Part shown: piece after piece, positions 1 to 9,419 of the stretch
Position numbering within the stretch: the first letter of the stretch is position 1
How the letters are laid out: each line of letters begins with the position of its first letter
Assembly (NCBI GenBank): GCA_021648465.1
Contig: JAKISR010000003.1
Span: 1,532-65,531, forward strand
Length of the DNA: 64,000 bases
Reading direction: 5' to 3'
DNA from: Sulfurimonas sp.
GTDB taxonomy: Bacteria > Campylobacterota > Campylobacteria > Campylobacterales > Sulfurimonadaceae
Notes under the pieces: model-generated
Told to the model about the DNA's origin: nothing
Databases searched by the model: none
What the model saw: only the letters and a program-made list of their open reading frames with translations
Made by a program: the position numbers and the translations under genes

Positions 1-708
1 TACATAATATTCTTGAGAAATATCAGTATTTGTAGTTTCACCTTTAGTAATAGAGATAAATTCAGGGTTTTGTAAAATTCTTTCTGCAAGTAGTTTTATA
101 GGTTTTGGCATAGTTGCTGAAAACAATAGTGTTTGACGTTTGGTAGGAAGAAATGAAAAGATTTCATTTATATCATCCAAAAAACCCATATCAAGCATCT
201 CATCAGCTTCATCAAGAACAACTACACTTGGTGAAAAATCACTTAACATATCTTTTTTTAGAATATCTAAAAGACGACCAGGAGTTGCAACAACTATACT
301 AGCACCTCTTTCAATTAAGTCAATTTGTCTTTTGTATGAACTACCGCCGTAAACAGTGGTAGTTCTAGAACCCATTCCCCTACCGTACTTATATAATTCA
401 TCACTAACTTGAGTAGCAAGTTCACGAGTTGGTGTGATAACTAAAATCTCAACACCATTGTTTTTTTTCATATTATTTAAAGCTGGAAGACCAAAAGCAG
501 CTGTTTTACCAGTACCTGTGTGTGCTTGACCAACCATATCACGTCCAGATAAAACAACAGGAATAGCTACTGCTTGAATTGGACTTGGTATTGTAAAACC
601 TGCTTCTTTAACAGCTCTTAACATATCTTTGTTTAAACCTAAATCATCAAAAGTAATCATAGGTTTTTCATCTTTCATTTCATTGTTTTGTGCATTTTCT
701 TGCATCAT
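1..708 (-). CDS. DEAD-box ATP-dependent RNA helicase, N-terminal part (3-prime end runs off the window)
   Basis: My reverse-strand translation from ATG (708-706) reads MMQENAQNNEMKDEKPMITFDDLGLNKDMLRAVKEAGFTIPSPIQ (Q motif), AHTGTGKT (motif I), TPTRELA, VLDEADEML (DEAD box) and SAT. It is absent from the ORF track because it is truncated at the window edge. The + ORF 140..352 is its antisense shadow. Confidence 0.9.
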   Translation of the reverse strand, partial: MMQENAQNNEMKDEKPMITFDDLGLNKDMLRAVKEAGFTIPSPIQAVAIPVVLSGRDMVGQAHTGTGKTAAFGLPALNNMKKNNGVEILVITPTRELATQVSDELYKYGRGMGSRTTTVYGGSSYKRQIDLIERGASIVVATPGRLLDILKKDMLSDFSPSVVVLDEADEMLDMGFLDDINEIFSFLPTKRQTLLFSATMPKPIKLLAERILQNPEFISITKGETTNTDISQEYYV

Positions 709-778
709 AATCCTTTTAAATTAGGAGATGACACAAGTCTGCTTTGTGCAAAGCATCTTCCCCTAAATCATTTCGCGA

Positions 779-784
779 ATTATA
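779..784 (-). promoter_or_regulatory. -10 box TATAAT (read on minus strand) upstream of the DEAD-box helicase gene
   Basis: Plus strand attata at 779-784 is TATAAT on the minus strand, about 70 nt upstream of the ATG at 708. Confidence 0.4.
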
Positions 785-930
785 GCTAAAACTATTAAAT
801 AATTTAATTAAACTGAATTTGTATTAAAAATATTAAGTTTAAATTGTGTAAAAAAGATATGAGTTTTAGTGTTATTTGTCGTTTAATTTCAAGCTGTGCA
901 TATATAAGAATTATTTGGTATTATATATTT

Positions 931-1128
931 ATGAAGATAGAGACACAATATTCATATGAGACAAAATGGACATTAACAAATGAGCTTGATTTACTTAAAG
1001 TAATCGAAGAAGAAATAGGGGATGCAGATACAAAAGGTATACTTTTGTATATTAAAGAGGCTATAAAAACTGGTAAAATCATAGCTGTTGGAACATGCAG
1101 GTTTAAAGAAAAAAGAGCAGGAAAGTAA
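931..1128 (+). CDS. small hypothetical protein (65 aa from internal ATG; ORF track gives 844..1128)
   Basis: The open frame ends 2 nt before the MscS-like gene start, so coupling is possible. I recognise no motif and see no clear SD. Confidence 0.3.
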   Translation: MKIETQYSYETKWTLTNELDLLKVIEEEIGDADTKGILLYIKEAIKTGKIIAVGTCRFKEKRAGK

Positions 1129-1130
1129 AG

Positions 1131-1961
1131 ATGGAAAAAGAGTTTCAAGAAGTAAGTAAATTTTATAATATTATTATAGAATTTATAACAAATTATAGTT
1201 TTCAAATTATTGGTGCAATAATAATATTTGCTATAGGAATTATCGCTTCAAAACATATTCATAAATATGTTTTAAAGCTACTTTTAAAAACTAAAATAGA
1301 TGAAACAATAAGTGGTTTTATAGCAAATATCATAAGATTTTTAGTGGTTGCAATGATGGCTATTTTAGCACTTGGTAAATTGGGAATATCGATAGCTCCA
1401 TTTATTGCAGCAATAGGTGCCTTATCTTTAACAGCTGGTTTAGCTCTTCAAGGAAGTGTATCAAATTTTGCAGCAGGCATAGTTCTTATAGTAACTAAAC
1501 CATTTAAAATAGGTGATACAATTAGAATTCATGATATTTATGGAGAGGTGCAAGAGATTAAACTTTCTTATACAATTTTAATAAATGAAGACAAGGAGCA
1601 AATAACTATACCAAATAAATATATGATAGGAGATGTTTTAATAAACTCATATCTCTATCGTATAGTTGAGGGAAATATTGGTATATCATATGATAGTGAT
1701 ATTAAAAATAGTATAAAGATTATACAAAATGTTTTATCTGAATTTGAAGAAGTTTCAAATGAAAACAACCCTATCGTAGGTATTGAAAATTTCGGAAATA
1801 GTGCTATAAATATTGTATATAGATATTGGGTTCCAACAAATAGTTTTTTTAAAGTTCAATATGAAGTTAATTTAGAAGTGATAGAGGCTTTAAATAAAGC
1901 AAAAATTATTATACCTTTTCCACAAAGAGAGATTCGCCTAATAGGAGAAAAAGAGTTATGA
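1131..1961 (+). CDS. small-conductance mechanosensitive channel (MscS family)
   Basis: There are three N-terminal TM helices. These are followed by LALQGSVSNFAAGIVLIVTKPFKIGDTI and a beta-domain pattern typical of MscS. SD aggaaag lies upstream. Confidence 0.8.
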   Translation: MEKEFQEVSKFYNIIIEFITNYSFQIIGAIIIFAIGIIASKHIHKYVLKLLLKTKIDETISGFIANIIRFLVVAMMAILALGKLGISIAPFIAAIGALSLTAGLALQGSVSNFAAGIVLIVTKPFKIGDTIRIHDIYGEVQEIKLSYTILINEDKEQITIPNKYMIGDVLINSYLYRIVEGNIGISYDSDIKNSIKIIQNVLSEFEEVSNENNPIVGIENFGNSAINIVYRYWVPTNSFFKVQYEVNLEVIEALNKAKIIIPFPQREIRLIGEKEL

Positions 1962-2338
1962 ATGATATAGCAAAACTTATTTTAAGAGTTAGTGTTGGTG
2001 TTATGATACTTTTTCATGGTGTTGATAAAATAATAAATGGCATAGGTGGTGTAAAGTATCTAAATGCACAAGCTGGTTTACCAGAGTTTCTTGCCTATGG
2101 TGTATATGTAGGAGAGATAATAATGCCAATTTTAATTATTCTTGGAGTTTATGCAAGAGTTGCATCTTTAGTTCTAGCATTAAATATGCTAATAGCAATC
2201 TTCTTAGCATATGGTAACTCTTTGTTTGAGTTAGGCAAACATGGTGCTCCATCATTTGAACTTCCATTTTTATATTTTATAATGTCAATAGTGATATTTT
2301 TAATAGGAAGTGGAAAATATGCAATAAATTCAAAATAA
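1958..2338 (+). CDS. DoxX family membrane protein
   Basis: It is 126 aa with 4 TM helices. LRVSVGVMILFHGVDKI is typical of DoxX. It overlaps the upstream gene by 4 nt. Confidence 0.7.
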   Translation: MNDIAKLILRVSVGVMILFHGVDKIINGIGGVKYLNAQAGLPEFLAYGVYVGEIIMPILIILGVYARVASLVLALNMLIAIFLAYGNSLFELGKHGAPSFELPFLYFIMSIVIFLIGSGKYAINSK

Positions 2339-2402
2339 TTTATTTACTATTAATAATTGTTATTTTATAATCATATAAATTATAATTAACAAGGGTATTA
2401 AA

Positions 2403-3482
2403 GTGTTGAAATCTATAATGACATTATTTGTAGTTTTATTTCTTTCACAAGAACTTACCGCACAAATAAATAAACAAAAAGTTGAAGCTCTTTATATTCC
2501 GTTAGCTGATCATTATGCAGCACTTGTTGCTTATGAGCGTTACTCTAAAGATATGAAGTATGCAGATTATAAAATTATTCAGATGAAAAATTGGGATTTA
2601 CTTCGTGCATATTTTTTATCTGGTGAAGTTGATATGGCTTATGTTATGAGTCCATTAGCTATGGATATGTATAGAGTAAAACCTAACTTTAAATGGGTTG
2701 GCCTTATGCATCGTGATGGAAATGCCTTAGCTATAAATGATTTAATGAACAATAGAGTAAAACTACCAAAGTTTCGTCGAGACAGAAAGCCTGATGAAAA
2801 AGTAGCAAAAACTTTAAAAGAGTTGTATAAAGAGAGCAAAGTACCTACTCAAATAGGAATACCACACATACTCTCAACTCACTCAGTTGTTTTATATAAA
2901 TATTTAAAAGAGTATGGAGTAAATATCCACTTTAAACTTAATAAAAATGTTGAGGTTCAAGGTATAACAATTGCACCTCCCAAATCACCAGCATTTATAA
3001 AATCAAAAAGTTCTCGTGCAATTCCTGCAGCATTTGAGCAATCACTTCCATGGGCTGATGTAGTAGAAACACAAGGTTATGGTTATGTTGCATGGTACTC
3101 AAAGGATGTTATGGAACACAAAGATGGACATGTTGAGTGTATAGCTTTAGCAACAGATAAAGCTATAAAAACTAAATTTGATGCGATAAAAGAGGTTATG
3201 TATTATATAAAAAAAGCAGGAGCTGATATAGAAAAAGCTAGAAAAGTGGGTGGAGAAGAACTTGATGAAATTGTTAAAATAATTCGTAAACATATTAAAG
3301 CACATACAAAAAATGCTATTATCGCTAGTCTTGATTATGATTTATATGTAATTAATTATAAAAATCTTAATATTGACAAAGATGGACTAAAACAAATTAT
3401 GGATTATGCTTATGAAGGCAATATTATTAAAGAAAAAATTGATATATCAACCTTTGCTGATGAGAGATTTGATGAAAAGTAG
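2403..3482 (+). CDS. periplasmic substrate-binding protein (NMT1/SsuA/NrtA-like ABC-type SBP)
   Basis: It has a signal peptide and the size and alternating pattern of type 2 SBPs. It sits directly upstream of a Cache-type hybrid kinase. No permease or ATPase genes are adjacent. Confidence 0.6.
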   Translation: MLKSIMTLFVVLFLSQELTAQINKQKVEALYIPLADHYAALVAYERYSKDMKYADYKIIQMKNWDLLRAYFLSGEVDMAYVMSPLAMDMYRVKPNFKWVGLMHRDGNALAINDLMNNRVKLPKFRRDRKPDEKVAKTLKELYKESKVPTQIGIPHILSTHSVVLYKYLKEYGVNIHFKLNKNVEVQGITIAPPKSPAFIKSKSSRAIPAAFEQSLPWADVVETQGYGYVAWYSKDVMEHKDGHVECIALATDKAIKTKFDAIKEVMYYIKKAGADIEKARKVGGEELDEIVKIIRKHIKAHTKNAIIASLDYDLYVINYKNLNIDKDGLKQIMDYAYEGNIIKEKIDISTFADERFDEK

Positions 3483-3490
3483 AGTAGATT

Positions 3491-6400
3491 TTGTATAATA
3501 AAAAAATTGCTTGGACAAAATCTTTAAGTTCTACTTTATTGGCATGGTTTTTATTTGTATCAATTGCTCCTTTAATAATATACTCACTTATTAGTTACAA
3601 TGCCACTTATTCAAGCCTAAAAAATTCAGCTATATTAGATATAGAACAGTCATCATTAATGAAAAAAAAATATATAAATAATTGGTTTTCATATCGAAAA
3701 ACTGATATTTCTAGTTGGTCTCAAAGTAAATTAACAACAAGTTTTTTAATTGAATTATCAAATGAATACCAAGATAAAAATATAAAATTAAGTAATTTTG
3801 TTACAAGCTATCCATACATGAAGATAGTAAATAAATATGAAAATGAGATACTGAAAATAAGTAGAGAGTATAATTATATATATGATGTATATTTGATTGA
3901 TAAAGAAGGAAATATCCTTTATTCAATAATAAAAGATGAAGATTTAGGAACAAACTTAATTACTGGAGTTCATAGCAAAAGTAAATTTGCAAGCACTGTA
4001 AAAAAAACATTAATCGATGGAGAAATAAATTATAGTGATTTAGAGATTTATTCAATAGAAAATAAAGAAATTTCAAGTTTTTTAACTGCTCCATTAGTTG
4101 ATGATAGTGGTTATATTATTGGTGTTTATGCTTTAAAATTAAAGCTTGATGGACTTTTTAGTATTTTTAATGAAGACAAAGATATTAGAGAGGGGTATAT
4201 ACATTATTTAGTTGGTGAAGATTCTTTGCTTAGAAATGACATTAATACAAAATATCAAGCACTTAAATTTAAGATAGATTCAAAACAATTTTTACTTTGG
4301 CATTATGAACATACTTCAGAAGAAAAAGAAAACATAGATGAAAAAGAAAAAATATTTATATACAAAGATTCATTTGGCTATGAAGTGATAGGTTTGCATC
4401 AAGATATCAGTGTTTTAGGTGTAAATTGGGTTTTAATCAGTGAAATAAAAAAAGAGTTGATACTTTATAATGCTAAAAAACAAAGCAATATGATTATTTT
4501 ATTTTTTATTTTTATTATATTAATAGTTGTAATTTTGTCTATATTTATCTCTAGGCGTATTTCTAAACCTATAAATTTGCTCTCAAAAGCAAATATTGAT
4601 TTTTCAAATGGAGAAAGAGATGTTTTTTTAAAAACTAAAGATAATGGAGAGATAGGCATACTAATCAAATCTTTTAATCGTATGGTTCAATCACTTAAAA
4701 GAAATGAAGAGGAGTTAATAAAGCAAACAAATCAAGCAAAAAATACTTTACTAGAACTTGATGAACAAAAACATGCATTAGATGCACACTCTATTGTTGC
4801 TATTACAGATATAAAAGGAAATATAACATATGTAAATAATAAATTTATAGATATAAGTGGTTATTCTAAAGAAGAACTAATAGGAAAGAATCATAGAATA
4901 ATTAATTCCAAAACTCATAATACAGAGTTTTGGAAAGAGATGTACTATACTATTAGTCGTGGTAAAATTTGGCATAATGAAGTTTGTAATATATCAAAAA
5001 AAAAAGATTATTACTGGGTTGACACTACAATCGTACCATTTATGGGAGAAAATAATAAACCTAAAAGTTATATCGTTATTCGTACTGATATTACTGTTTC
5101 TAAGCAGTTAGAGTTTGATTTAATTAAAGCAAATAAAATTGCTCAAGATACTTTAAAAGCAAAATCAGAATTTTTAGCAAGCATGAGTCATGAGATACGA
5201 ACACCTATGAATGGTGTTATAGGAATGTTAGGCTTATTGGCAGAGTCAAAATTAACAGATAAACAGTCTCATCAACTTCATTTAGCACAAAGTAATGCCT
5301 CTTCACTTCTAACACTTATTAATGATATTCTTGATTATTCTAAAGTTGAAGCAGGTAAATTAAAACTTGAGAAGATTGAATTTAATTTTATTGAAGAGAT
5401 TGGTGACTTTGTTGAAGCGATTGCCTTTAAAGCACAAGAAAAAGATGTAGAAATAATTTTAGATACTAGTGAAGTAAAATATGATTTTATAATATCTGAC
5501 CCAGGTCGTATACGGCAAATACTTAATAACATTGTTGGAAATGCAATCAAATTTACATCTCATGGATATGTCTTAATTAAAGTTATATTAGATATATCAG
5601 ATAAAGATAATACAAGGGTTAAATTTAGTGTTAGTGATACAGGAATTGGGATAGCAAAAGACAAAATTGAGAATTTATTTGATAAATTTACACAAGCTGA
5701 TGCTTCAACAACAAGAAAATATGGAGGAACAGGACTTGGTCTTGCAATAGCAAAAAATTTATCTAAATTAATGAATGGTTCAATTGATGTAAAAAGTTCT
5801 ATAGGTGTAGGAACAACATTTAATATTGATATTGAAGCAGAAATTGGTACAAAAGCATCTTTGATACAACCTAAAGTCTCAATTGATAAAAAGAAAATTC
5901 TTTTAGTTGATAGTAGCAAAACTAATCAAGATGTAATATCAAAACAATTGAAAATTTGGAAAGCAAATGTATCAATAGCCTATAACACTAGAATCGCACT
6001 GAAATTATGCGAGGATGAAATTTCTAAAAAAAGAATCCCACCTTTTGATCTTATATTTATAGATATGAATTTACCAAAAATTGATGGTTGTGAATTTGCA
6101 AAAGAGATACGTAAAAATACTCTTTACGATAAAATGAAAATTGTTTTAATGACATGCTTAAATTCAAACCTAGATACAGAAAAGCTTAGAGAGATAAAAA
6201 TAAGTGCGTATTTTCCAAAACCGGTAACAACAAACAACCTGTTTTATGCTCTAAAAGCTTTAAATTGTGATGATTTATTTTATCAAGAAAAATTGTTGAT
6301 TCATCAAAAAGAAAAAAAGATAGTATGGGGTAAAAACATTAATATTCTTTTGGTTGATGATAATGAAACAAATCAAGCTGTAGCACAAGGGATGTTAAAT

Positions 6401-7147
6401 ATTTTAGGACTTGATTGTGATATTGTAAACAATGGACAAGAAGCGCTTGATATGTTAAAAAGTTCAAAACAACAATATGATATCGTATTTATGGATTGTC
6501 AAATGCCTATCATGGATGGATATAAAGCAACAAGAGCAATAAGAAAAGGTAAATGTGGTAATGAAAATAGCTCTGTAATAATTGTAGCGATGACAGCTAA
6601 TGCAATGCAAGGCGATAAAGAAAAGTGCATTACTTCTGGAATGGATGATTATATATCAAAACCTATAGATATGACAAAATTAAAAGAAACACTAAAAAAA
6701 TATTTATTAAAAGATGTAAATGTAGAATATATCGATGAAGAAAGTGAGGGTCTAAAACTTGATAAACAAAAAGATTTAAGTGTTATATCAACAGCTAAAT
6801 TTTCTATTTGGGATGAAAAGGAAGCTCTTACAAGGTTAGGAGAGTCTCATAAAATATTAAATAAAATATTAGAAATTTTCCTTATAGATATTGATAAACA
6901 AATAAATATGCTTAAAAATTCAATTGATTTACAAAATTTGCAAAACTGTGAACTATATGCACATACTATCAAGGGATCAGCTGCAAACATAAGTGCCAAA
7001 AAGTTACAAAACATATCTAGTTTACTGGAAACAGCCGCAAAAAATAGTGATATTAAAAAGTTAAAAAAAGAGTTTATATTATTAGAAAATTATGCAAAAG
7101 AGGTTGTAAATATTTTAAAAGAGCATTTAAAAATAGATATGAAATGA
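3491..7147 (+). CDS. hybrid sensor histidine kinase (Cache-like periplasmic domain, HAMP, PAS, HisKA, HATPase, two receiver domains, C-terminal Hpt)
   Basis: SHEIRTPMNGV is the H box and GTGLGLAI the G2 box. There are two D-containing receiver blocks (LIFIDMNLPKIDG and IVFMDCQMPIMDG). The Hpt motif is YAHTIKGSAANI. The start codon is TTG. Confidence 0.9.
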   Translation: MYNKKIAWTKSLSSTLLAWFLFVSIAPLIIYSLISYNATYSSLKNSAILDIEQSSLMKKKYINNWFSYRKTDISSWSQSKLTTSFLIELSNEYQDKNIKLSNFVTSYPYMKIVNKYENEILKISREYNYIYDVYLIDKEGNILYSIIKDEDLGTNLITGVHSKSKFASTVKKTLIDGEINYSDLEIYSIENKEISSFLTAPLVDDSGYIIGVYALKLKLDGLFSIFNEDKDIREGYIHYLVGEDSLLRNDINTKYQALKFKIDSKQFLLWHYEHTSEEKENIDEKEKIFIYKDSFGYEVIGLHQDISVLGVNWVLISEIKKELILYNAKKQSNMIILFFIFIILIVVILSIFISRRISKPINLLSKANIDFSNGERDVFLKTKDNGEIGILIKSFNRMVQSLKRNEEELIKQTNQAKNTLLELDEQKHALDAHSIVAITDIKGNITYVNNKFIDISGYSKEELIGKNHRIINSKTHNTEFWKEMYYTISRGKIWHNEVCNISKKKDYYWVDTTIVPFMGENNKPKSYIVIRTDITVSKQLEFDLIKANKIAQDTLKAKSEFLASMSHEIRTPMNGVIGMLGLLAESKLTDKQSHQLHLAQSNASSLLTLINDILDYSKVEAGKLKLEKIEFNFIEEIGDFVEAIAFKAQEKDVEIILDTSEVKYDFIISDPGRIRQILNNIVGNAIKFTSHGYVLIKVILDISDKDNTRVKFSVSDTGIGIAKDKIENLFDKFTQADASTTRKYGGTGLGLAIAKNLSKLMNGSIDVKSSIGVGTTFNIDIEAEIGTKASLIQPKVSIDKKKILLVDSSKTNQDVISKQLKIWKANVSIAYNTRIALKLCEDEISKKRIPPFDLIFIDMNLPKIDGCEFAKEIRKNTLYDKMKIVLMTCLNSNLDTEKLREIKISAYFPKPVTTNNLFYALKALNCDDLFYQEKLLIHQKEKKIVWGKNINILLVDDNETNQAVAQGMLNILGLDCDIVNNGQEALDMLKSSKQQYDIVFMDCQMPIMDGYKATRAIRKGKCGNENSSVIIVAMTANAMQGDKEKCITSGMDDYISKPIDMTKLKETLKKYLLKDVNVEYIDEESEGLKLDKQKDLSVISTAKFSIWDEKEALTRLGESHKILNKILEIFLIDIDKQINMLKNSIDLQNLQNCELYAHTIKGSAANISAKKLQNISSLLETAAKNSDIKKLKKEFILLENYAKEVVNILKEHLKIDMK

Positions 7148-7182
7148 GTATTAAAGTTATTTTATTTAAATAAAATCTAGTT

Positions 7183-7740
7183 TTATGGATGGGGTATTTT
7201 TATTTTTGAATTTAAACTCCATCCAATAATAGCCATAAAGATGATAACACTAAGAGCTGATATTATTTCATAAGTGGCACATAAATATATTAGCCAAAGT
7301 AAAATAGCACCAAGTGGTGTTGGAACTCCTGTAAAAAATCTATCTACTTCTCCAGCATCTGTGTTTATATTAAAATGTATAAGCCGTCTAAGACCTGAAA
7401 TTATATAGTATACACAAATAACAGATGCTAAAATAATCCATATACCTGATAAATTTGTTGTATATGTTGATTGAAAAATAAGAAATACAGGAACTAAAAC
7501 AAAACTTAAAAAATCAGCAAAGCTATCTAATTGTACACCAAATTCATTGGATAATTTGTATTTTCTTGCAATTTTTCCATCAAAAATATCAAATGCACCA
7601 CCAATCCAAGCCAATATAATAGCAACAAAAAAATTATTTTGTGTAATAAAAAAGATTGCTATTAAACCAGCTGTAATATTTACAAAAGTAAATATATTTG
7701 CTAAGTTAAAGTGTGACTGTGAATTAAATATAAATTTCAT
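7183..7740 (-). CDS. pssA: CDP-diacylglycerol--serine O-phosphatidyltransferase (CDP-alcohol phosphatidyltransferase family)
   Basis: The motif DGKIARKYKLSNEFGVQLDSFAD matches DG(x2)AR(x8)G(x3)D(x3)D with the PssA-like LDSxAD ending. The protein is multi-TM. Confidence 0.75.
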   Translation of the reverse strand: MKFIFNSQSHFNLANIFTFVNITAGLIAIFFITQNNFFVAIILAWIGGAFDIFDGKIARKYKLSNEFGVQLDSFADFLSFVLVPVFLIFQSTYTTNLSGIWIILASVICVYYIISGLRRLIHFNINTDAGEVDRFFTGVPTPLGAILLWLIYLCATYEIISALSVIIFMAIIGWSLNSKIKIPHP

Positions 7741-7772
7741 ATATTTCCTATTACAAATGAATGTTATTGAAG

Positions 7773-7778
7773 ATTATA
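7773..7778 (-). promoter_or_regulatory. -10 box TATAAT (minus strand) for pssA
   Basis: Plus strand attata at 7773-7778 lies about 33 nt upstream of the pssA ATG at 7740. Confidence 0.4.
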
Positions 7779-7836
7779 ACAAAAGTAAAAAAATAATACA
7801 CCAACCTTTAAGAAATTTTAGATGTTTAATTGATAT

Positions 7837-7863
7837 TTAATATGATATTCATTATCATTATAC
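7837..7863 (+). promoter_or_regulatory. Fur-box-like operator upstream of the OprB-like porin gene
   Basis: The sequence is TTAATATGATATTCATTATCATTATAC. By my manual alignment the 19-mer at 7838-7856 matches GATAATGATAATCATTATC at 15 of 19 positions. It is 25/27 identical to the motif at 9131-9157. Confidence 0.5.
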
Positions 7864-7890
7864 AAATAAAATAAATTAATGGAGTAAACA

Positions 7891-9123
7891 ATGAGAATTT
7901 TTTTAAAAATCACTATAGTAAGTTTTTTTTTAGTTATATCAAATAGTATGGCAAGTGAGATTGTTAATAATGAAATTTTACTTAAGCATCATAAACATGG
8001 AGATATGCCAAAAGAAAATAAAAATAATTTAAGAGATGGCATAACAACTGAAGTTATACTTACAACAGATTTGTTAAAAAATATTGATGGTGGTATAAAA
8101 AAAGGTAGTACAATACTTGGTAATCTTGATTTAACAATGGAAATAAATAGTGAAAAAATAGGGTTGTGGGACAATGGAGTTTTCTTTATTTATCTGCTTG
8201 GAAATTTTAATACTAAAGGTGGAATGACCGAGTATGCTGGTGATTTTCAAACTTCGAGTAATATAGAAGCTGTTGAAACATTTAGAATTTATGAATTTTG
8301 GTATGAACATATATTTAATGATAAAATATCACTTTTAATAGGTTTACATGATTATAATAGTGAATTTAATGTTTTAAGATATGGTGGATTATTTATAAAT
8401 AGTTCTTTTGGTATAGAACCAGATATCTCTCAAGTTGAACCATCAATCTTTCCTGTTGCATCTTTAGCTGCAAGGTTGGCTTACAGATTAAGTGAAGATA
8501 GCTATATTTTAGCTGCGGTATATGATGGAAAGTCTGGTGACCCAGATAATGAAAAAAAAGCAGCAATTAAATTAGACTCTGGTGATGGTATATTTGCATC
8601 TGTTGAATTTGGACTGATTAATGGCAAGGCACATACAGATAATTATTATAAATTAGCTTTTGGAGCTTGGTATAGTACAGCAGATGTAAGAGTAGATGAT
8701 ATAAATAAAGACATTGCTAGAAATGGTGGTATTTATATTATAGGTGAAAAAACTTTATATTCGGCAGGAAGTAGTGCTTTAGGTGCATTTTTCCAAGTGG
8801 GTTTTGCTGATTCAGATAAAAATATTGTAGATAAGTACTTAGGCGTTGGACTTATTTATACGGGACTATTTCCTTCAAGAAGCGATGATTTACTTGGTTT
8901 AGCAATTGCAAATATGTATACCTCAAATACATATAGAGATTATCAAAGAAGTCAAAATGTAAATATAGAGTCTCATGAAACAGCGATAGAACTTACTTAT
9001 GAAGCAGAGATATACCCTTGGTTAGTTGTTAAACCAAATATTCAATATATAATAAATCCATCTATGGATAAGACAATCAATAATGCAACAGTTGTCGGAA
9101 CTAGAATATCTTTCATATTTTAA
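7891..9123 (+). CDS. OprB-family (carbohydrate-selective-type) outer-membrane porin
   Basis: It has a signal peptide and conserved OprB-like blocks (GDFQTSSNIEA, FRIYEFWYE, GLHDYNSEF). It has a beta-barrel pattern ending in an aromatic residue (SFIF). Confidence 0.7.
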   Translation: MRIFLKITIVSFFLVISNSMASEIVNNEILLKHHKHGDMPKENKNNLRDGITTEVILTTDLLKNIDGGIKKGSTILGNLDLTMEINSEKIGLWDNGVFFIYLLGNFNTKGGMTEYAGDFQTSSNIEAVETFRIYEFWYEHIFNDKISLLIGLHDYNSEFNVLRYGGLFINSSFGIEPDISQVEPSIFPVASLAARLAYRLSEDSYILAAVYDGKSGDPDNEKKAAIKLDSGDGIFASVEFGLINGKAHTDNYYKLAFGAWYSTADVRVDDINKDIARNGGIYIIGEKTLYSAGSSALGAFFQVGFADSDKNIVDKYLGVGLIYTGLFPSRSDDLLGLAIANMYTSNTYRDYQRSQNVNIESHETAIELTYEAEIYPWLVVKPNIQYIINPSMDKTINNATVVGTRISFIF

Positions 9124-9130
9124 TCAACTT

Positions 9131-9157
9131 TTAATATGATACTCGTTATCATTATAC
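9131..9157 (+). promoter_or_regulatory. Fur-box-like operator upstream of feoAB
   Basis: The sequence is TTAATATGATACTCGTTATCATTATAC, 29 nt upstream of the feoA ATG. It is a near-duplicate of 7837-7863. Confidence 0.5.
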
Positions 9158-9185
9158 TAAACAGATTAAATTTAAAAGAAAAATT

Positions 9186-9419
9186 ATGAAAAAATTAAGT
9201 GAATGTAAAAAAGCTTGTAAAGTAAAAGTTGTTAAATTAAATGCAAGTTCTGAATTAAGACAAAGGTTAATATCTTTTGGAATTATGAAAGAGGCAACTA
9301 TAGAAATATTAGAATATGCACCAGCAAAAAGTACAATAGAGATAAAAGTTGGAAAAACAAGAATAGCTTTACGTTCCAAAGAAGCTGAATTAATAGAAGT
9401 AGAAAAATATGAACAATAA
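9186..9419 (+). CDS. feoA: ferrous iron transport protein A
   Basis: It is a 77-aa SH3-like FeoA pattern (LRQRLISFGIMKEATIEI..IEIKVGKTRIALR). It overlaps feoB by 11 nt. Confidence 0.85.
   Translation: MKKLSECKKACKVKVVKLNASSELRQRLISFGIMKEATIEILEYAPAKSTIEIKVGKTRIALRSKEAELIEVEKYEQ

Noticed and set aside
140-352. A 70-aa plus-strand ORF at the left edge.
   Set aside because: The opposite strand encodes an unmistakable DEAD-box helicase (AHTGTGKT, DEAD, SAT). The plus ORF is its shadow.
724-761. Nested imperfect inverted repeats (ggagatg..catcttcc, and the 16-nt near-palindrome tgctttgtgcaaagca at 740-755) in the helicase leader.
   Set aside because: The two pairings compete for the same bases, and the inner one has a 2-nt loop. 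It is plausible as a cold-shock-type 5-prime UTR structure, but too weak to call.
775-790. An exact 16-nt repeat, GCGAATTATAGCTAAA, also at 16112-16127.
   Set aside because: Both copies sit over the minus-strand TATAAT boxes of the helicase and nadD promoters. A single 16-mer match in 64 kb of AT-rich sequence is within chance expectation. The shared -10 context explains most of it.
5560-5919. A 119-aa ORF antisense to the first hybrid kinase. Similar cases are 4465..4668 and 5335..5550.
   Set aside because: It lies entirely inside a kinase gene with clear H-box and ATPase motifs on the other strand. The translated sequence is low-complexity (Ile/Ser/Phe/Leu-rich) with no start context. This is a typical antisense shadow ORF.
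9152-9379. A 75-aa minus-strand ORF over feoA. Similar cases are 921..1205, 56173..56445, 19069..19263 and 38487..38693.
   Set aside because: Each overlaps a well-supported gene or its start region on the other strand and has no recognisable features.
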